Part shown: positions 35,774 to 48,266 of the stretch, one piece after another
Layout of the letters: each line of letters starts with the position of its first letter
How positions within the stretch are numbered: position 1 is the stretch's first letter
Assembly (NCBI GenBank): GCA_965603825.1
Contig: CBFDEM010000057.1
Span: forward strand, 794,818-858,817
Direction of reading: 5' to 3'
Length of the DNA: 64,000 bases
Source of the DNA: Blepharisma stoltei ATCC 30299
Taxonomy: Eukaryota > Protista > Ciliophora
Notes under the pieces: model-generated
What the model saw: the letters and a program-made list of their open reading frames with translations, nothing else
What the model was told of the DNA's origin: nothing
Databases searched by the model: none
Program-made: the position numbers and the translations under genes

Positions 35774-36277
35774 ATGCACATTAGACGAAGATCTGCGAAA
35801 GAACTGAAAATTATAGACATCAACTCAGACCCAATTTTGGGCGCTTTTAGGCATGTGAAATCAAGGAGTAACTTAGAAAATGATATAACGAAATATGTGT
35901 ACACTAAGCAGACTTTTAAAAGGAGGGATTTTTCACTTGTTAAATATGATGAAATTCAAAACAAAAGTTTTTTAAGTATAAAAACTACACTAGATATCAA
36001 GCCTGCAAGTATCAGGCATGCCCTAGAGAAAATACAGAAGCCTGAGTCTATTTCACAATATCGAAGGATGCCTTCAAGAAATAAAATAGTCATCAGGGTA
36101 CCATTGGCAAAGCTTCTGCCAAGGTCGAAATCTCAAATTAATTGGATAAAATGCATAAACCAACCGTTTGTGAGTGACGGAAATCGCAGCCTGCCATATA
36201 GAGATGGCGATCTTTATCTGAAGCGGAATTTCAGATCTTTTGGATGGAATATCCAAAACCAAATAGCTGCAAGTTAA
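35774..36277 (+). CDS. Hypothetical basic protein
   Basis: 167-aa ATG-TAA ORF. Confidence 0.6.
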   Translation: MHIRRRSAKELKIIDINSDPILGAFRHVKSRSNLENDITKYVYTKQTFKRRDFSLVKYDEIQNKSFLSIKTTLDIKPASIRHALEKIQKPESISQYRRMPSRNKIVIRVPLAKLLPRSKSQINWIKCINQPFVSDGNRSLPYRDGDLYLKRNFRSFGWNIQNQIAAS

Positions 36278-36322
36278 TTAATTCAGTAATCGATTTATTC
36301 AATAAATTAAAGAAGCCATAAT

Positions 36323-38002
36323 ATGTCTGTTAGAACATCTCAAAGTAGCTATCATAGCGGGTTTTCAACCCCACACAAAGAAGTGAACTCAAGCACCAAG
36401 GCAAATAATGAAGTTCTTATTTTAACAATAAATCTTGGAAATTCCAAAGATGACATAGTCATCCACGAGTTTGATGACCCCAACATCCTTGCTAAAAGGT
36501 TCTGTGAAAAACATAATTTAGGGCTGGAAGTCGAGTCTACACTAGCAGAACACATAATTTTCAACCTTGAAAAAGTCCTTCAAGATTTATCTAACATTAA
36601 TCAAAGATTGCAACAGAAAAACAGCGAGGAGAATTTTATTTCCAATGAAAATGTAAAAAAAGCTGTAACCCCAAAACCTCGGGTGGCAGCCCAGGAGAGA
36701 GTAAACGAAAGCAGGCTCTCAAAGCAAAGCTCAGCTGCCACCATGGTCAGCTATGAAGACAAATCCCCAAGTCGGTCCTTTTATAAGAATCCTGGAAACC
36801 GGCTCTATCAGCTTGGAATGATTCAACAAAAAGATAGGGAAAATAAGTCAAAGCTCTACCAGCAGCAAAAAATGCAAAAAGAGTTAGAAGAGGTCACGTT
36901 TACCCCAAGAATTAATACAAAAAGAATAAAAAAAGTTAAAAACACTGAAAATTTGCTGATTGAAAAAGGCAAAAAAGTTAAAGAAGTGCTAAAACTGAAA
37001 ATTAAAGACCAATTGGAGACAGACAGAAGGAAATGCACATTTACCCCTGAGCTGAATCCAGTCAGCTCTAGACTGGCAGCTAGGGATAGAAGCGCTGATA
37101 GAATTAATTATCTTTGTAAAGAAAAAGAAGAAAGCAAAAAGAAAATCCAAGGAAAAGCGGACGAATAGTATTTTTTATATAGTTTCAAAGAGCTTTGTCC
37201 ATTTACGCCGAATAAAATTTATAAATCTTATACGAAATCGGAACTAAATGACAGCATAGATAGATTGACGAAGTCGAAAATTCAGTCTGAAGATGAGCTG
37301 GAAAAGTAAGGAATAGGCAGGTTAAGAGAAAAACATCTGCAAGACCTGAAAAAGGATCCAGTGACTGGGCAGGAGTTTTTTACTCCTCAGATTAATAAAG
37401 GTCCGAGGACTGAAAGGCAATATTCGAATGTATGAGAAGATTTGTACTATAAAAGGTCAAATAGTCAAAGCAGGCTTTCAATATCGCCACAGAAAACATA
37501 TAAAAACGCAAGATCAGAAAAAATTATGAAAAAATTAACGGGAGAAAAATATTATGAAATTTTTCAAAAATTAAAACCTCAAAAAGGCAAGATTTTGCAT
37601 AATGAAATTGATGCATCGTTGCTAGAACGCGAGCTTTTGCTAATTATTCAGCCTTTAATTGATGAAATGAAATCAGCTAGAGAAAGCTTGTCTTTTGAAG
37701 AGTTCTGTGGAGCCATGGATGCTCTTATGAAAGTTCTCACTCCTCAAGAGAAAAATTATTTAATTTTCAATAGAAAAAAGCCTGAAAATGATAATCCATT
37801 AACAAGCAGGTCCCAATCTCCATCCTCAAGAGCAATTTTTCAAACATATGATAGGCTGATGAAACATAAGAGAAATTTAGAAGAAAAATTAGAAGAGCAG
37901 AGAAGGTCGAATGAAGAAAAATTGCTGAGTGAGTGTACGTTTATGCCAAATACAAGACAAAAATTAGAAGATTCTTTTAGGAATCTCAGCTTTGAAAATT
38001 AA
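36323..38002 (+). CDS. Ciliate cytoskeletal-type protein with (C)TFxP repeats (two introns)
   Basis: VTFTPRIN, CTFTPELN, CPFTPNK, FFTPQIN, CTFMPN repeats; frame continuous after removing two 15-nt introns and reading one TGA. Confidence 0.78.
37168..37182 (+). other. 15-nt intron GTATTTTTTATATAG
   Basis: Consensus match; removal abolishes the junction TAG. Confidence 0.88.
37306..37320 (+). other. 15-nt intron GTAAGGAATAGGCAG (purine-rich)
   Basis: Removes an in-frame TAA; A at position 10 retained. Confidence 0.82.
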
Positions 38003-38016
38003 TGTTTATAAGTAAT

Positions 38017-38724
38017 TTATGGCTGCACTGAGATTCTTTTTTCGACTCTATCTACTAAGCCTTCTACATATTCTTTGGCAGCTGCTTCAGATGGAGAGGC
38101 TAAAGAAGGAATCATTGAGGACTCATAATGCTCTTTGGATTCTTCGACTCTATGATGAGATTCATGATGCTCATGATGTTCTTCACTATGCTCGATATGG
38201 ATTTCATGACGGGTTTCCGTTATGACTTGGCGAGTTTCTGTGATGACTTGATGGGTTTCTGAAGTCACTTTGTGATGTGCTTCTTTTGAGTGCTTTTCAT
38301 CAATTTTTGACTCAGTTTTATGCTCCTGGACAGCAATATCTCTAGATTCACTTCCTCCTGATTTCTTCTTCTCATGAGCTACTTCTTGATTTTTTGGCCC
38401 TGAGCTTGGCTTTGCTTCATGAGATTGGTGAACTTGGCTTGCGGCTTTTGGCTCTGAGCCAGGCTTGGTGGAGTATTTTACTTTATCTGGCTCTTTTCTT
38501 ATGATTTTTGGATAATCGCATGGTCTTGGTGCTCTTGGATTTGCTTCATCCCACACAAATTCTTTTCCCTAAGTAAAATTTACAGCTTGTTTACATTTAA
38601 AATATTCAGCTGCAAATACTATGATATCTTGAGGCTGCAAACGAAGGATTTCTCTTGTTAAATCACGCAAAATATTAGGGAATTCTGGAGGAATAGGAAA
38701 CTGTTGCAGGTATTTGGATGCCAT
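38017..38724 (-). CDS. RIIa dimerization/docking domain protein (ropporin/RSP11-like) with His/Glu-rich tail
   Basis: MASKYLQQFPIPPEFPNILRDLTREILRLQPQDIIVFAAEYF; one intron. Confidence 0.85.
38569..38583 (-). other. 15-nt intron GTAAATTTTACTTAG
   Basis: Joins the RIIa exon to the downstream ORF and removes a TAG. Confidence 0.9.
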
Positions 38725-38899
38725 AACTGCTTTTAAATTATTAACTTATTTAGGAAATTCATGCTATAAAGATTAAGGAAAAGCATTTATCTGCTATAAT
38801 AAGTATTAAGCCTATTAATTATATTAAAATAATTATTATTTAAAGTAACACAAGAAGAAAATAATTAATGAATTTCAATTAGTATTATTAATTTCTATG

Positions 38900-40903
38900 C
38901 TAATCAAGCTTTCTATAGAACTCTTGATTGCAGATACAAAATTGAGGATTTATCCCAATTTCCCTTGCAGCCATTTCACAGTCCCCTCCATATTTATCAG
39001 TTCTTATTACACCTAAAATCTGCAAATGCATTTTTTGCCCCATAAAAGCAATTGGCTCAATGTAGGGCTTGTCAGTCTCAAATTGTTGGTTAATTTCATT
39101 AGAAAAAGAAACCATACTCCAAGTATCATACTGCGCTCTTTTATTTTCCATTATTGTAAACATTATTTTAAATAAATGAGTATCTCCATTGATATTTTTA
39201 TATCCTGCATAAATAATTTCATTTAAATTAATTTTCATACATAAAGATCCCAGTTTGGCATTTTTCATTGTAAAAACTTCAGAATTTATATAGTAAACAA
39301 TTGAGTCAGTTATTTTATTTACTGTCCTTTTAAGTTCTCTATCTTTATATGTCATTGTAACATCTGAAAAATCATCAAAAGATCTAATATTTATAGGCTC
39401 TGGTAAATAGCTGGAACAATATCATATTGGTATTTCTGCATCTCTGCAAGTTCTACCATCAGGAATTTTCTGAGAAAATAGACTGTAAAACTGTGGATAT
39501 TTGCTTTTGAACTCTAAATTATTTTGAAAATGTGCTAAAAACAGCATGGACTCCTTAAGATCAGGCTTAGAATTTAACCTAAGCGTATTGTGGAGTAAAT
39601 TATCCTGCGCATCCATAGACTTCAAAAATTCATTTCTGGCCACAATAAAAAGAGCTGGTAGCCTATGCTCTTGAATAGAATCAGAATCATATAAAAACTC
39701 CCCATACCTCATCCCATGGTCTGCAGCCATTACTATCACAACTTCATGTGTTTTACTTACATTTTCTATATAATATTTAATATACTCCTTCAAATCATAA
39801 TCCAAGGCTTGGGCATGTTGGCCTGTGCCTTCATGAGCTGCATCAAAATGGTTATAAATCCATTGATTTGCATTTGGATAAAGTTTATTAAAAGCCTTAG
39901 AATATTCCATTAAATAGTAATGGGACATGTGTGGCCCAATACATCTTTGCTTTGTTGTGAGCTGCTTCGCAGCTCTATAATCCCCATATATATAAAATGC
40001 ACAATAAAATGATGACAAACAATGGTCAACTTGCGGGATCCTCCCCATTGATTTTGGGACATTATGAGGGCACGAGTCAGCTCCTCATAAAGTCATGAAT
40101 CCTAATTTTTTTAGCTGAAATCATATAGCTTCTTCCTTAAAAAAATCTACATCTTGGTTGCCTAAAAATCTTGAGACCCATTTGTGTCCGAATACCCTCA
40201 TCATATTTTCTGAGGTGTCTGCCCCTATTATATTGTGAAGCTTAAAATCAAAAGCTGACCATTCAGAATTAAAATTAAGCTCATTAAGATAGCTTACGGT
40301 CGAAGTTAATTTTCGAAAAAAATGGCGCCGTGAAAAACTGTCAGGGACTAAAAAGAGGATTGTCATAGGTTTTTTGATGGTTTTTCTCAAATTAAGGGTT
40401 TTTATGGTATTTAAAGTTTCATAGTAAGATTCGCCCTGAAAACGTGGGGATAAATATTGCATGTTTACTATTTCTTTATTGAAGCATGAGGCTACAGCGA
40501 ACTCGTGGTGAGGTTCGATTGGGACTGGATTTATATTAAAAAATTGTTTTGTCAGGAAATCCTTTGATTCTGTTGGGTTTGCAACTTTGATAAATTTGTG
40601 TGGGCCGAGGACATAAAACGGGTTTTTACTTTTGGTGCAATTAATTTCTAAGGTATTTAAGCTAAAATCCATATAAATACTTCCTGAATTCGCCTTTGGT
40701 TTATCTTCACAGCGAGGGTAAAAGTAAGGCGGAAATATTTCTTCTCCTTTTTCTACTGAAAATCCAAATACTGATGGTGATGCTGAAATGTTCATATATT
40801 TTAAAGTTTCTGTATCATCTATTCCAAATGAGGCAACGGAAGTCGAAAATAAACTGTAGAAAGTAAAAAAAATTAAAATTCAGGGTTTCTGATCTTGCAC
40901 CAT
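38900..40903 (-). CDS. DUF229-like alkaline phosphatase/sulfatase superfamily protein with N-terminal anchor
   Basis: DSFSRRHF, AADHGMRYG, QEHRLP motifs; three track ORFs in one frame via TGA. Confidence 0.78.
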
Positions 40904-41139
40904 TTTTATGGCTAATATCTTGGATTCATATCAAATTTCTTTTTAAGGTGAATAAAAATAAAGTCTATAGGTAATAAATGGATAAAAAATAACTAATTGA
41001 AAAGGTCACTAATATTTTTATCATCCTTATTAACTCAATTGATTTAAATCCTTATTACATAAGCAATCATAATTAAATTCCAAGAAGGTATCCATCTGAA
41101 GACTCTTAATGTCTTTTAAGAAATTTATATAACTTCCAA

Positions 41140-42075
41140 TTATTTACCCATTATAAGAGCTATTTCGGAGTGCACTTTCTTGACAAATCCTGGAATGTGT
41201 TTTGCAGATGTCGACTTAATAATAGATTTTGGAACTTTTCCTCCAAAGTTCGCAATATTTATATAAACAACTCTACTTTTATTCCCAGCCTCATCAGTAG
41301 GAATTGTTTCAACATAATACCCACTAAGCTTCACAGTGGCTCTCACAAAGCTCTCCGTTGGCTCCAATTCCCCATGCTCACATGAAGTATTTATTATAAC
41401 CGACCCATTAAGTGCCTTCACTACCCTGCTCACAAGTAGCACATCTCTAGGAGAAATCATAGGGACTTTTTTGAATTTCGAGTGGGTCACCACTATATCT
41501 GGCGGATATTTCGCTATAATGCTTACACTTTCCAAACTTTTATCCCACCTACATCTGTCTTCTGCATTTCCTAAAAATTCAAAAAATTCTTTGGCTGCAT
41601 ACGGCATAAGCCATTGGGCCTTCATCATAATTCCTTCAGGGACTTCTTTCGAATATATCAAAAACCCATCTTTATTCATCATTTCTTGGCTCCCTTCTTC
41701 TTGTAGAGGTAGCTCGAGATGCTGGACAAATTCAGTGGTCGCTTTATCTAATAAACTCACGAGAAGTTCTACATCAAAACTTGGCCCTTTTGGCTTTTCG
41801 TTGAGCTCGACCAAGGCGACTGACTTTTTTTCTTCTTGCAGCGGGTCAGTGTTTTTTGTGTCAAAACTGGTCCCTCTTGGAGTTTCGTTGAGCTCGACCG
41901 AGGTGACTGATTTTCTTTCTTCACGAACTGAGCTAAGAGGCTTTGTCTGGGCTTTTGGCTGAGAAAGGAGAAGAGGCGTGGTATTGGTCTCTTGCAATTC
42001 ATTTTCTGGCAATGAAGAGTCTTCTTCTTGTGACGTGAAGCATCACACGCACGTCTCTGAAACTGCGTTCCCCAT
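41140..42075 (-). CDS. START lipid-transfer domain protein with MGNAVS myristoylation-type N-terminus
   Basis: RCRWDKS, SPRDVL, FVRA, NFGGKVPK; start at 42075 via TGA 42043-42045. Confidence 0.85.
41774..41925. repeat. Imperfect coding duplication, 87-nt period (EERKSVTSVELNETPRGTSFD / EEKKSVALVELNEKPKGPSFD)
   Basis: tcaaaact...ttcgttgagctcgacc...gactga at 41774 and 41861. Confidence 0.85.
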
Positions 42076-42106
42076 CTATTATTTTAGTCAACTAAGAAAT
42101 ATTAAA

Positions 42107-43702
42107 TTAATCATCATATGGTGAGTAGTTTATTTTTTCAGTTTTTCTGTCAAGTTCCATTTCGTAGAGTTGGACCATTTGTTTGTATTTGCTGATTGTG
42201 TTTTCTAGCTTGATGGTTTTTACACGATTTGTTCTGGCTGTGAAGGCAAGTTCGTTTTTTAGATTTTCAATTTCTTGGGTGAGGTGGGTGGTTTCTGCTT
42301 TCTTTTCTTCGTGAAGCTGCTGGATTTCGATGTGCTGGGATTTAGGGATATTGACTGAGGCTAATAAAAATTCAATTATTGCTATAGCGCCTTCAAAGCA
42401 TTTTTCTACTCCATAAGCATGCTCAGGTAAGAACTCAATAATCCCCAGCAGCAAACTTTTCAGCTGCTTGGTATAATTTTTTAAAAATTTGTTACAGTAT
42501 TTATTGATACTTTTTACCTGTGAGTTTACCACGCTAATTTGCTCGCCTTGAAGAATTTGCAAACTAGTCAATATTGCTTTACCATTAGAGCGTATTTCAT
42601 GTATATCTTTAATAAGGCTCTCTTTAGACGGCTTTATATCGATATCAGGAGGAATTGGAATAAATGACTTAAATTTTGATTCTGATGCTTTTGTGTGTTT
42701 TAAAAAAGAAAAAGCTTGTCTGTTTTTTATGGGTGGAATAAGTGAATTTGTCTCAGTGACGAATGATTTTTCTTCTGCTTCAAGCATACCGCTATCAGTT
42801 ATTCTAATGTCAGGTGAAGACTTCTCAGAATGAAACTCGTCAAATTGGATCCTGAATAAAACAGTGTCAGTGTCTCTTATTCTTGTAGTTTTTTCTCCGA
42901 TTTGAAGCTCTAAATTTAACCCTGATTGGGCTGTCTCTTGATAAGGCCTTGCTGTGTTAAATTTTTCTGGTTTCACAGTGGAGTCAACATCTCTTTTTGA
43001 ATATTTTTTTGTGCTTAAATTTTTAATTTTCATTAAAATTGCGAGAGAGTTTGGCTGAGAATTTTGGGTTTGGATTAAGCACCATTCACAAACCCCATCG
43101 CTATTTTTCCCAATCACTGAACTTTCACATTTGCAGCATCGGTCAAGCTGATCTTTTGTGCTTAAATTAATCGCTTTTGCGAGATATGGCTTATCAAACT
43201 CACTTAAAGTTATTCTGGGGAGATGTGTCTTCATATTTTGGCTACTAGTTCTGCAGGTACATCCACAAGTTTGGCATGGTTTATTCGTTTCATTTTGAGC
43301 TTCAGTAGGGATATTTATTAAAATATCGAGAACTTTAAGCAAAATCCCTGCGTTTTCGTTATTTGAAATAATTTCAAAATTTGTTTCAAGGTGCTGCTTT
43401 ATTCGCTTGAGATGTATAAGAGATTTTATTATTTCGCCATGCTGAGATTGGCTGATTTTTTCTATTTCTGATTTATCTTCATAGTATGTGTACTTGTCTA
43501 TTACTTGGTTAACTCTTTTAAGGCTTTCGTGGTACTCTGCAAGTTTCTCTTCTTGAGTTTTGTATTGGCGAAGTTTTAAACGATTGCCTGAGCTTGGAGC
43601 GTCTTCACGGAAGGTTCTGTTTTGAGGAGTATTTCTATAGAGAGGGCTTTGACTTTTGTATGATTTTTGGATTTTATCCAAATAATTTAATGATTTATTC
43701 AT
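42107..43702 (-). CDS. Hypothetical protein with Cys clusters and a C-terminal coiled coil
   Basis: 531-aa ATG-TAA ORF. Confidence 0.7.
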   Translation of the reverse strand: MNKSLNYLDKIQKSYKSQSPLYRNTPQNRTFREDAPSSGNRLKLRQYKTQEEKLAEYHESLKRVNQVIDKYTYYEDKSEIEKISQSQHGEIIKSLIHLKRIKQHLETNFEIISNNENAGILLKVLDILINIPTEAQNETNKPCQTCGCTCRTSSQNMKTHLPRITLSEFDKPYLAKAINLSTKDQLDRCCKCESSVIGKNSDGVCEWCLIQTQNSQPNSLAILMKIKNLSTKKYSKRDVDSTVKPEKFNTARPYQETAQSGLNLELQIGEKTTRIRDTDTVLFRIQFDEFHSEKSSPDIRITDSGMLEAEEKSFVTETNSLIPPIKNRQAFSFLKHTKASESKFKSFIPIPPDIDIKPSKESLIKDIHEIRSNGKAILTSLQILQGEQISVVNSQVKSINKYCNKFLKNYTKQLKSLLLGIIEFLPEHAYGVEKCFEGAIAIIEFLLASVNIPKSQHIEIQQLHEEKKAETTHLTQEIENLKNELAFTARTNRVKTIKLENTISKYKQMVQLYEMELDRKTEKINYSPYDD

Positions 43703-44493
43703 AATTATGCTGAAATTTTAAACTTGAAAAGATGTCTTGTGTTTGCTTCATTTATTGCGTATAATAGACTTGCTATAAATACTAAAGCAACAGATGCAAG
43801 AAACAGAATTCGTAAAAATAGTAGCTAGATTCTTGCACCTTTTCTATATAATTCACCAGATTCTTCTGTGTTCATTCGATTATGATGCTAATAATTATCT
43901 TTTGAAAACTTATTGATGATTCAAATAATAGTTTAATAACCCCCTTCAAATAATTGTTGAGAGTTTCTTACGATATCTAATTTAATCTTGATCATTTATT
44001 ATAATTTAAGGAAAATATTAAATTATTGAGTAATTAATAATTTAAATAAATTTACGAAAGAGCGTCTTATAAATGTTCGTCCATCGATAAATAGTAATAT
44101 TTTGAGTTTTAAATTCTTAAGTTTTGTAAGATAAGCAGGAAATTTCACCCGCAGTCTAATAACTAAAGAATTAATTTAAATTAGATGAGCAATTATATTG
44201 AGTTTCGCTTCCTCCTAATTAGGCAACTTCAACCGTTTAATCGTTATAAAATAATGCAAGAGAAAACTAGCCAAATAAGGAATTTATTGGGAGGAAATTC
44301 TTACGGTACTACAATTATATTAAGAGATGCATAAAAAACTGATTCCTTATTCATTGAGCTAAGATTTATTCTTTAAAAGCTATCAAATAAAATCAAAATC
44401 CCAACATTTTCCATTCAAAAACTATTCATTCCACCTCATTTATAGGCGTTAGTATCATAATAAGAATTAATATGGAAATAAATATAATTCAAA

Positions 44494-45855
44494 ATGATTC
44501 AATCAACAGTTGTATCTGGCTTACATTCTCCGAGAGAAACCCAACGTTTTATAAACTGGGAATCAAAATACGCAAAAGCCCGCACTTCATATTTGAAACA
44601 CAAAACAAAAACTGAGCCAAGTGGCCTCATTTATATTCAATCAGAAGACATCTCAATCACCAACTTGCAATCCTCAAAGCTCAAATTCGCTGAAACAATT
44701 TGTGCAACCCTTGCCTTAGCTGGCTTCGTTTGCGGAGCAATTTGTTCAGACCTGACTTTCTCTAGTTATATTTACAACAACAAAAAAGTCCAAGTCACAA
44801 TTTCTTATATATTTTGCACAGTCACTACAGCCTTACTTCTTATGGCAATATGCTGACGTACATCAAGAGAGCTTAAGTGAGAGCAAGCCAAAGGGATTTT
44901 TTCATACCAAGATGACTTAATTTCGACAGGAAAAGTCAAATGGCTTGTAATAGAAATTGTAATAAATGCGATACACCCTGTATATGGCTTTGAGGACTAT
45001 CAGTTGTCTACCTATAACAACGTATATGATGTAAACTATTCCTATACTTATACGTCGGTTTTTACAGTATGAATGCTGATAAGAGTTTACCACTTAATTC
45101 GTGTTGCAAGTGTCTTGAGTGTATATAGGTCTGAAAGGGTACAGAGGCTATGTCAAATGACTGGAAGCTATGCAGGCAGCTGGTTCGCTGTAAAATGCAT
45201 GATGAAAGATGTCCCAGTCTATTTATTGTCCTCAATGCTTATTGGTGGAGTTTTTATACTTGCGTTTTGCTTGAGGATTTTTGAAAGGCCGCTGGACGAA
45301 TACACAGGAAAAGCCTTCGCGGAGTATGGGAATTCGATGTGGTGCGCTATAATTACGATGACAACTGTGGGTTATGGAGACTATTTTCCCGTCACAAGTG
45401 CTGGAAGGTTATTTGACGTGCTTGCCTGTATGTGGGGGGTCCTTTGTGTGTCTCTCATGGTGATTACACTAACGAATATGCTGAAATTAGATGCAGGACA
45501 GGAAACGTCCCTTACCATTTTGAATAGACTGTGGTTTAAAGAAGAATTAAAACAGTTAGCAGCTTATGTCCTCACTTCAGCAGTGAGGTATAGGTTTTAT
45601 GTGAAGCATTATCCGGATGATAAAAGAAAAATAGCTATTCAATTGGGGAGATTTAGGCATTATTTTAATGATTTTCAGAGCTTTAAGATAAAACAAAGGG
45701 ATTTGTATGATTTTGACTCTTTTGAGGACAGAATCGAGAAAAAAATGATTGATATCATAGAGGATAGTGAAGCAATTGAAGAAGCGAAAAAAGAAATTGC
45801 TGGAATTATAGAGTACTTGCAGGCAACAATTCCAGTGAAGAATAGTGAAAAATAA
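44494..45855 (+). CDS. SK-type (small-conductance Ca2+-activated-like) potassium channel
   Basis: EIVINAIHP, MLIRVYHLIR S4, LRIFERP, NSMW..ITMTTVGYGD pore; joined through TGAs at 44854, 44878, 45070. Confidence 0.9.
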
Positions 45856-46041
45856 TATTAATAAGTAATTAAATACTTGATGTTTTATTATAATTGAGAA
45901 ATATTATATTTTTAATTTTTAATAAGAAAGATCCATATTTAAAGATACTATAAATTACATCTTTTTTTGTATTAAAAATCAAATAAATCAGAAACCGCTG
46001 CAATTAAATGATATTAATTTAATAAATACCTTAAATTAAAA

Positions 46042-46953
46042 CTACGCCCTTGGAAGATTTACTCCAGGCCCAGCAAATTGAGGGTTTTGAGCCTGCCCTG
46101 ACTGTGCATTCAGAATTTGCTCATACCCATAGCTTCCAGGCTGTCCAGGATACTGTCCTTGATATTGAGGAGGTGCATATTGCACTCCTGGCTGGCCCAT
46201 CACATACCCTTGCGGATACCCTTGTTGATACCCTTGATTTTGCTGGTACACAACCCCAGGATTCCTCACATACTGCATCCCATAGTAGCTCTGTCCTGAG
46301 TAGTTAACTATAATCCATTGATGCGCCACATGCGAAACAATGATATAAAGAACCACCACAATTGGTATAAAAATTGTCAAAAATAATGCGATATTCGGCC
46401 CATCTTTTGTGCAAGTCCCAGGATTATTATCCGTCTTTACATTATACTTGCAACTATCGTCGAAGCTTGCATCAGTCACATTTACCCATGTAAAAAATGC
46501 AATAAAATGAAAAACCATCGTTAAAATGGCTTTTAAGGACGAGTAATGCGGCCTCCTTGTATAGTGGCAGTCACAGCCACAGCGGACTACCCAAAAAGTA
46601 AAGGACCCAAACCACAGGAAAAGAGAAACCAGGGATAAAAATTCAAAAACCTCAAACCAGCCGCCTCCATTCCAAAGGTTATTGATTTCGTCACAAAAAT
46701 TATTAGAAGCGATGATATTTGTGTCGCAATAGTCATCATAAAAGTCGTCGTAGGAAATATCAGGATGTTTACCATTGAAGTATTTAACATTGCGGAGCGA
46801 GCCTTTTATGTGAATTGGTCCTTTTATTTCTGTTCACTCGGGAAGAGCAAAGGAGATCATCATCAATGCGGCAATTAAACATTGAGCAAGAAAGAAAACT
46901 GCCCACCAAATCCTAGTGTCAATTTTTAGAATTTTGGTTTGGATAAGTGGCAT
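46042..46953 (-). CDS. Four-TM claudin/amastin-like membrane protein with Q/G/Y/P-rich tail
   Basis: ATG 46953, TM1, LPEW(TGA)..KGSL, Cys pair in loop, three more TMs, QGYQQGYPQGY tail. Confidence 0.72.
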
Positions 46954-47329
46954 ATTTATATTTTATTCACCATTTAGGTAATCATATAGAATCGTTCTGT
47001 AAGAAATAAGGAACTAGGGAGTAGAAGAAATTAAAAGTTATATATGAATGAAGAGGGTTCTATTGAAATTCAAGTAAATAAATGACGCTTATATAAAATG
47101 CGTATTATCTTGATGGAATAGATAATAAGAGCTCCGTTATTTTTTATTATTTCATTATAATATAGCTGCTCAGTCTAGGTTTAAATAATTAAATCCTTCG
47201 AAAGCAAAATAAATAGCAAATATGATATAAATATAAAAGCAGTTCTTATCTTATCCTAAATTAGCTGTTATAATAATCTATAGAAAGATTACTTTTAGAG
47301 GCTTGATATTTGGGCTTATTTTCTCTGGA

Positions 47330-48030
47330 TTTTTTTAGAATCTAGTAAATTTTTAATTTCAGTGTGCCAATATCTGCCTGCAGATCTTTTAATCCATTTT
47401 TAAAGCATTTGCATCTTTATCTACTGTATTTATTGAGCTTTTAAATTCAATTCTCACTTCACTTAGAACATCATATATTGAATTTGTTGTATTTTCATGG
47501 AAATAATCATGTCTTTGAGTATACTGCATTTTTCCCCCTTTTCAAAGTAGCCCACTTTCTTATGCTAAATAAATATAGACTCAACAATTTTTCTTTTTCG
47601 CATAACAAGTATAAATTTGCTATAATGGATCTTAATCAAATAATTAATTTTTCCATTTTGAATACTAGATTACTTTTCTTTTGTGCCAAGTTCTTGGTCT
47701 TCTTTTGATTTTTAAAAAGAGTATCCCCGTACAGAGATAAGCAAGTTTAATAGCACAGTAGCATTAATTCAATATAAGCATTGCAAGAATGAAAAATCAA
47801 TATGTCAAAACCTCCAGCTTCGAGTTCATAAGTTTTTCCATGCTGATAGCATATCATCTGTTTCATCTGCAGTGAAATAAATAGTGGTAAAAGCAAGAAT
47901 AGAACACAGAAGGATAATCAGAAAGGAAAGTCATACGAATCGAGCGATTAAATCAAACGCGAAAATAGAGTAATTCTACCAAGAAAGTAGCGGCAACTGT
48001 TAAATAGCTCGCTTTGCAATAGCTTTTATC
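47330..48030 (-). pseudogene. Degraded copy of the C-terminal channel region of the WD40-TRP-like gene family
   Basis: Fragments SFLIILLCSILAFTTIYFTADETDDMLSAWKN, TYELEAGGFD, VLLNLLISV and QYTQRHDYFHEN match the neighbouring gene but are split by frameshifts and TAA. Confidence 0.78.
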
Positions 48031-48266
48031 ATCTCGCTCTAAAGTTCCCCATATATAAACAATGATAAATCGAAAAAATACCTAAAAGTTTCAAAAGCTT
48101 TTAAAGCATCCTTTTCAATACGCTGAAAAACTCGTTACTTCAAATAAAAATAGATAAACATTTGCATTTATAAAGATACCCCGATAATCTTCATTACGAG
48201 CAATTAAGTGAATTTTATAAATAAAAATTAATTACAGATTATCAATCCTCAAAATTGTGATAATTA

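Noticed and set aside
43703-44493. Long intergenic region examined for tRNA/ncRNA
   Set aside because: No cloverleaf, A/B box or convincing hairpin seen by eye
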